Of a stretch of DNA of 44,085 nt, positions 43,444 through 44,085 are shown piece by piece. Below the pieces are notes generated by a model. That model had not been told where the DNA came from and did no database searches. It saw only the letters and a list, made by a program, of their open reading frames with translations. The position numbers and the translations under genes are program-made. Source of the DNA: an uncultured Terracidiphilus sp. (lineage in GTDB: Bacteria > Acidobacteriota > Terriglobia > Terriglobales > Acidobacteriaceae); contig CAZVYV010000001.1 of NCBI GenBank assembly GCA_964630985.1, forward strand, positions 1-44,085. The letters run 5' to 3'. Each line of letters opens with the position of its first letter. The first letter of the stretch is position 1.

Positions 43444-44085
43444 CTACCGGGCGCGGGGATGCGTGCGGTCGTAGACGGCGGTGAGCTGTGCAGTGGTGAG
43501 CTGGGTGTAGCGTTGCGTGGTGGACAGGCGTTCGTGTCCGAGAAGCTCCTGAATGGCACGGAGATCAGCGCCTTCTTCAAGCAGATGGGTTCCGAATGCG
43601 TGGCGCAGAGTGTGCGGGTGAACGTCAGACGGCAGGCCGCGCAGAATGGCGATGCGCTTGACGATGCGTCCGACGCTGCGGGTGGTGAGGCGCGCCTGGC
43701 CGCCGCGTTGGAGGCCGCGCAACTGCAGATTGAGAAAGAGCGCGGGCGTCTTGAGGGGTTTTTGACGGTCGCCGGCGGCGAGGAGGTCGGCGCGCTCGGC
43801 GATATAGGTGCGAAGCGCCTCGGCGGCGGAGTCGCCCAGCGGAACGTAGCGCTGCTTTTGGCCTTTGCCGCGGACGAGGATGGCCTCATTCGCCCAGTGA
43901 ATATCGTCGAGATCGAGGGCGGTGAGCTCGGCGTTGCGGATGCCGCAGCCGTAGAGCATTTCCAGGATGGCCTTGTCGCGGGCGGGCCAGCTTGCTGCGT
44001 CGTCGAGCACGGAATCGACCACGCGGTTCATCTGTTCAATGGACGGCACGCGGGGCAGATGCTTGGGAAGGCGCGGCGTGGAGAC
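43444..44085 (-). CDS. xerC: Tyrosine recombinase, XerC-type (partial, runs off the right edge)
   Basis: Frame is open to the window end ([13 protein letters not shown]). Motifs [48 protein letters not shown]. XerC versus XerD is not certain. Confidence 0.8.
   Translation of the reverse strand, partial: VSTPRLPKHLPRVPSIEQMNRVVDSVLDDAASWPARDKAILEMLYGCGIRNAELTALDLDDIHWANEAILVRGKGQKQRYVPLGDSAAEALRTYIAERADLLAAGDRQKPLKTPALFLNLQLRGLQRGGQARLTTRSVGRIVKRIAILRGLPSDVHPHTLRHAFGTHLLEEGADLRAIQELLGHERLSTTQRYTQLTTAQLTAVYDRTHPRAR

Noticed and set aside
43444-44085. Tyrosine recombinase as the integrase of a tRNA-linked island
   Set aside because: The motifs are housekeeping XerC/D-like, it lies outside the 24-bp repeats, and core genes such as argJ intervene

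Overview
This is a GC-rich bacterial chromosomal segment, most likely from Acidobacteriota (Terriglobia-like). That assignment is inferred from the Acidobacterial-type VWA protein, the Gly-rich TonB protein and the style of the Ig/propeller lipoproteins. The left ~33 kb is a cell-surface/extracellular-glycan region. It encodes a partial GH71/GH99-like hydrolase, two polyprenol-phosphate-sugar synthase-type GT2s, and a GT-C-fold membrane protein translationally coupled to three exported proteins. It also encodes a 1418-aa TPR + putative beta-barrel outer-membrane protein, two paralogous GT4s, a disrupted YdjC/ChbG deacetylase, a phosphoesterase lipoprotein, a multicopper oxidase and a SAM methyltransferase. 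Two secreted proteins share a ~86% identical GH16/ConA-like domain arranged as an inverted duplication, and a Big_2/beta-propeller lipoprotein lies between them. TPR, nucleotidyltransferase, TonB and VWA genes follow. The right part holds a non-canonical ForCE-type formate dehydrogenase (fdhD, fdhF-like, DUF1641) and tRNA-Ile2(CAU), which is followed by an 82-bp palindromic insert and a 24-bp duplication of the tRNA 3' end. After that come a Tat-signal aldo/keto reductase, an EamA transporter, an ABC ATPase, argJ, an ElaB/YqjD-like gene, REP-like repeats and a partial xerC-type recombinase. The best candidates for novelty are the lipid-donor/GT-C + TPR-porin glycan system, the ExDxxQ GH16-like duplicated domain and the miniature tRNA-inserted element. 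All family assignments come from motifs recognised by eye; no searches were run.
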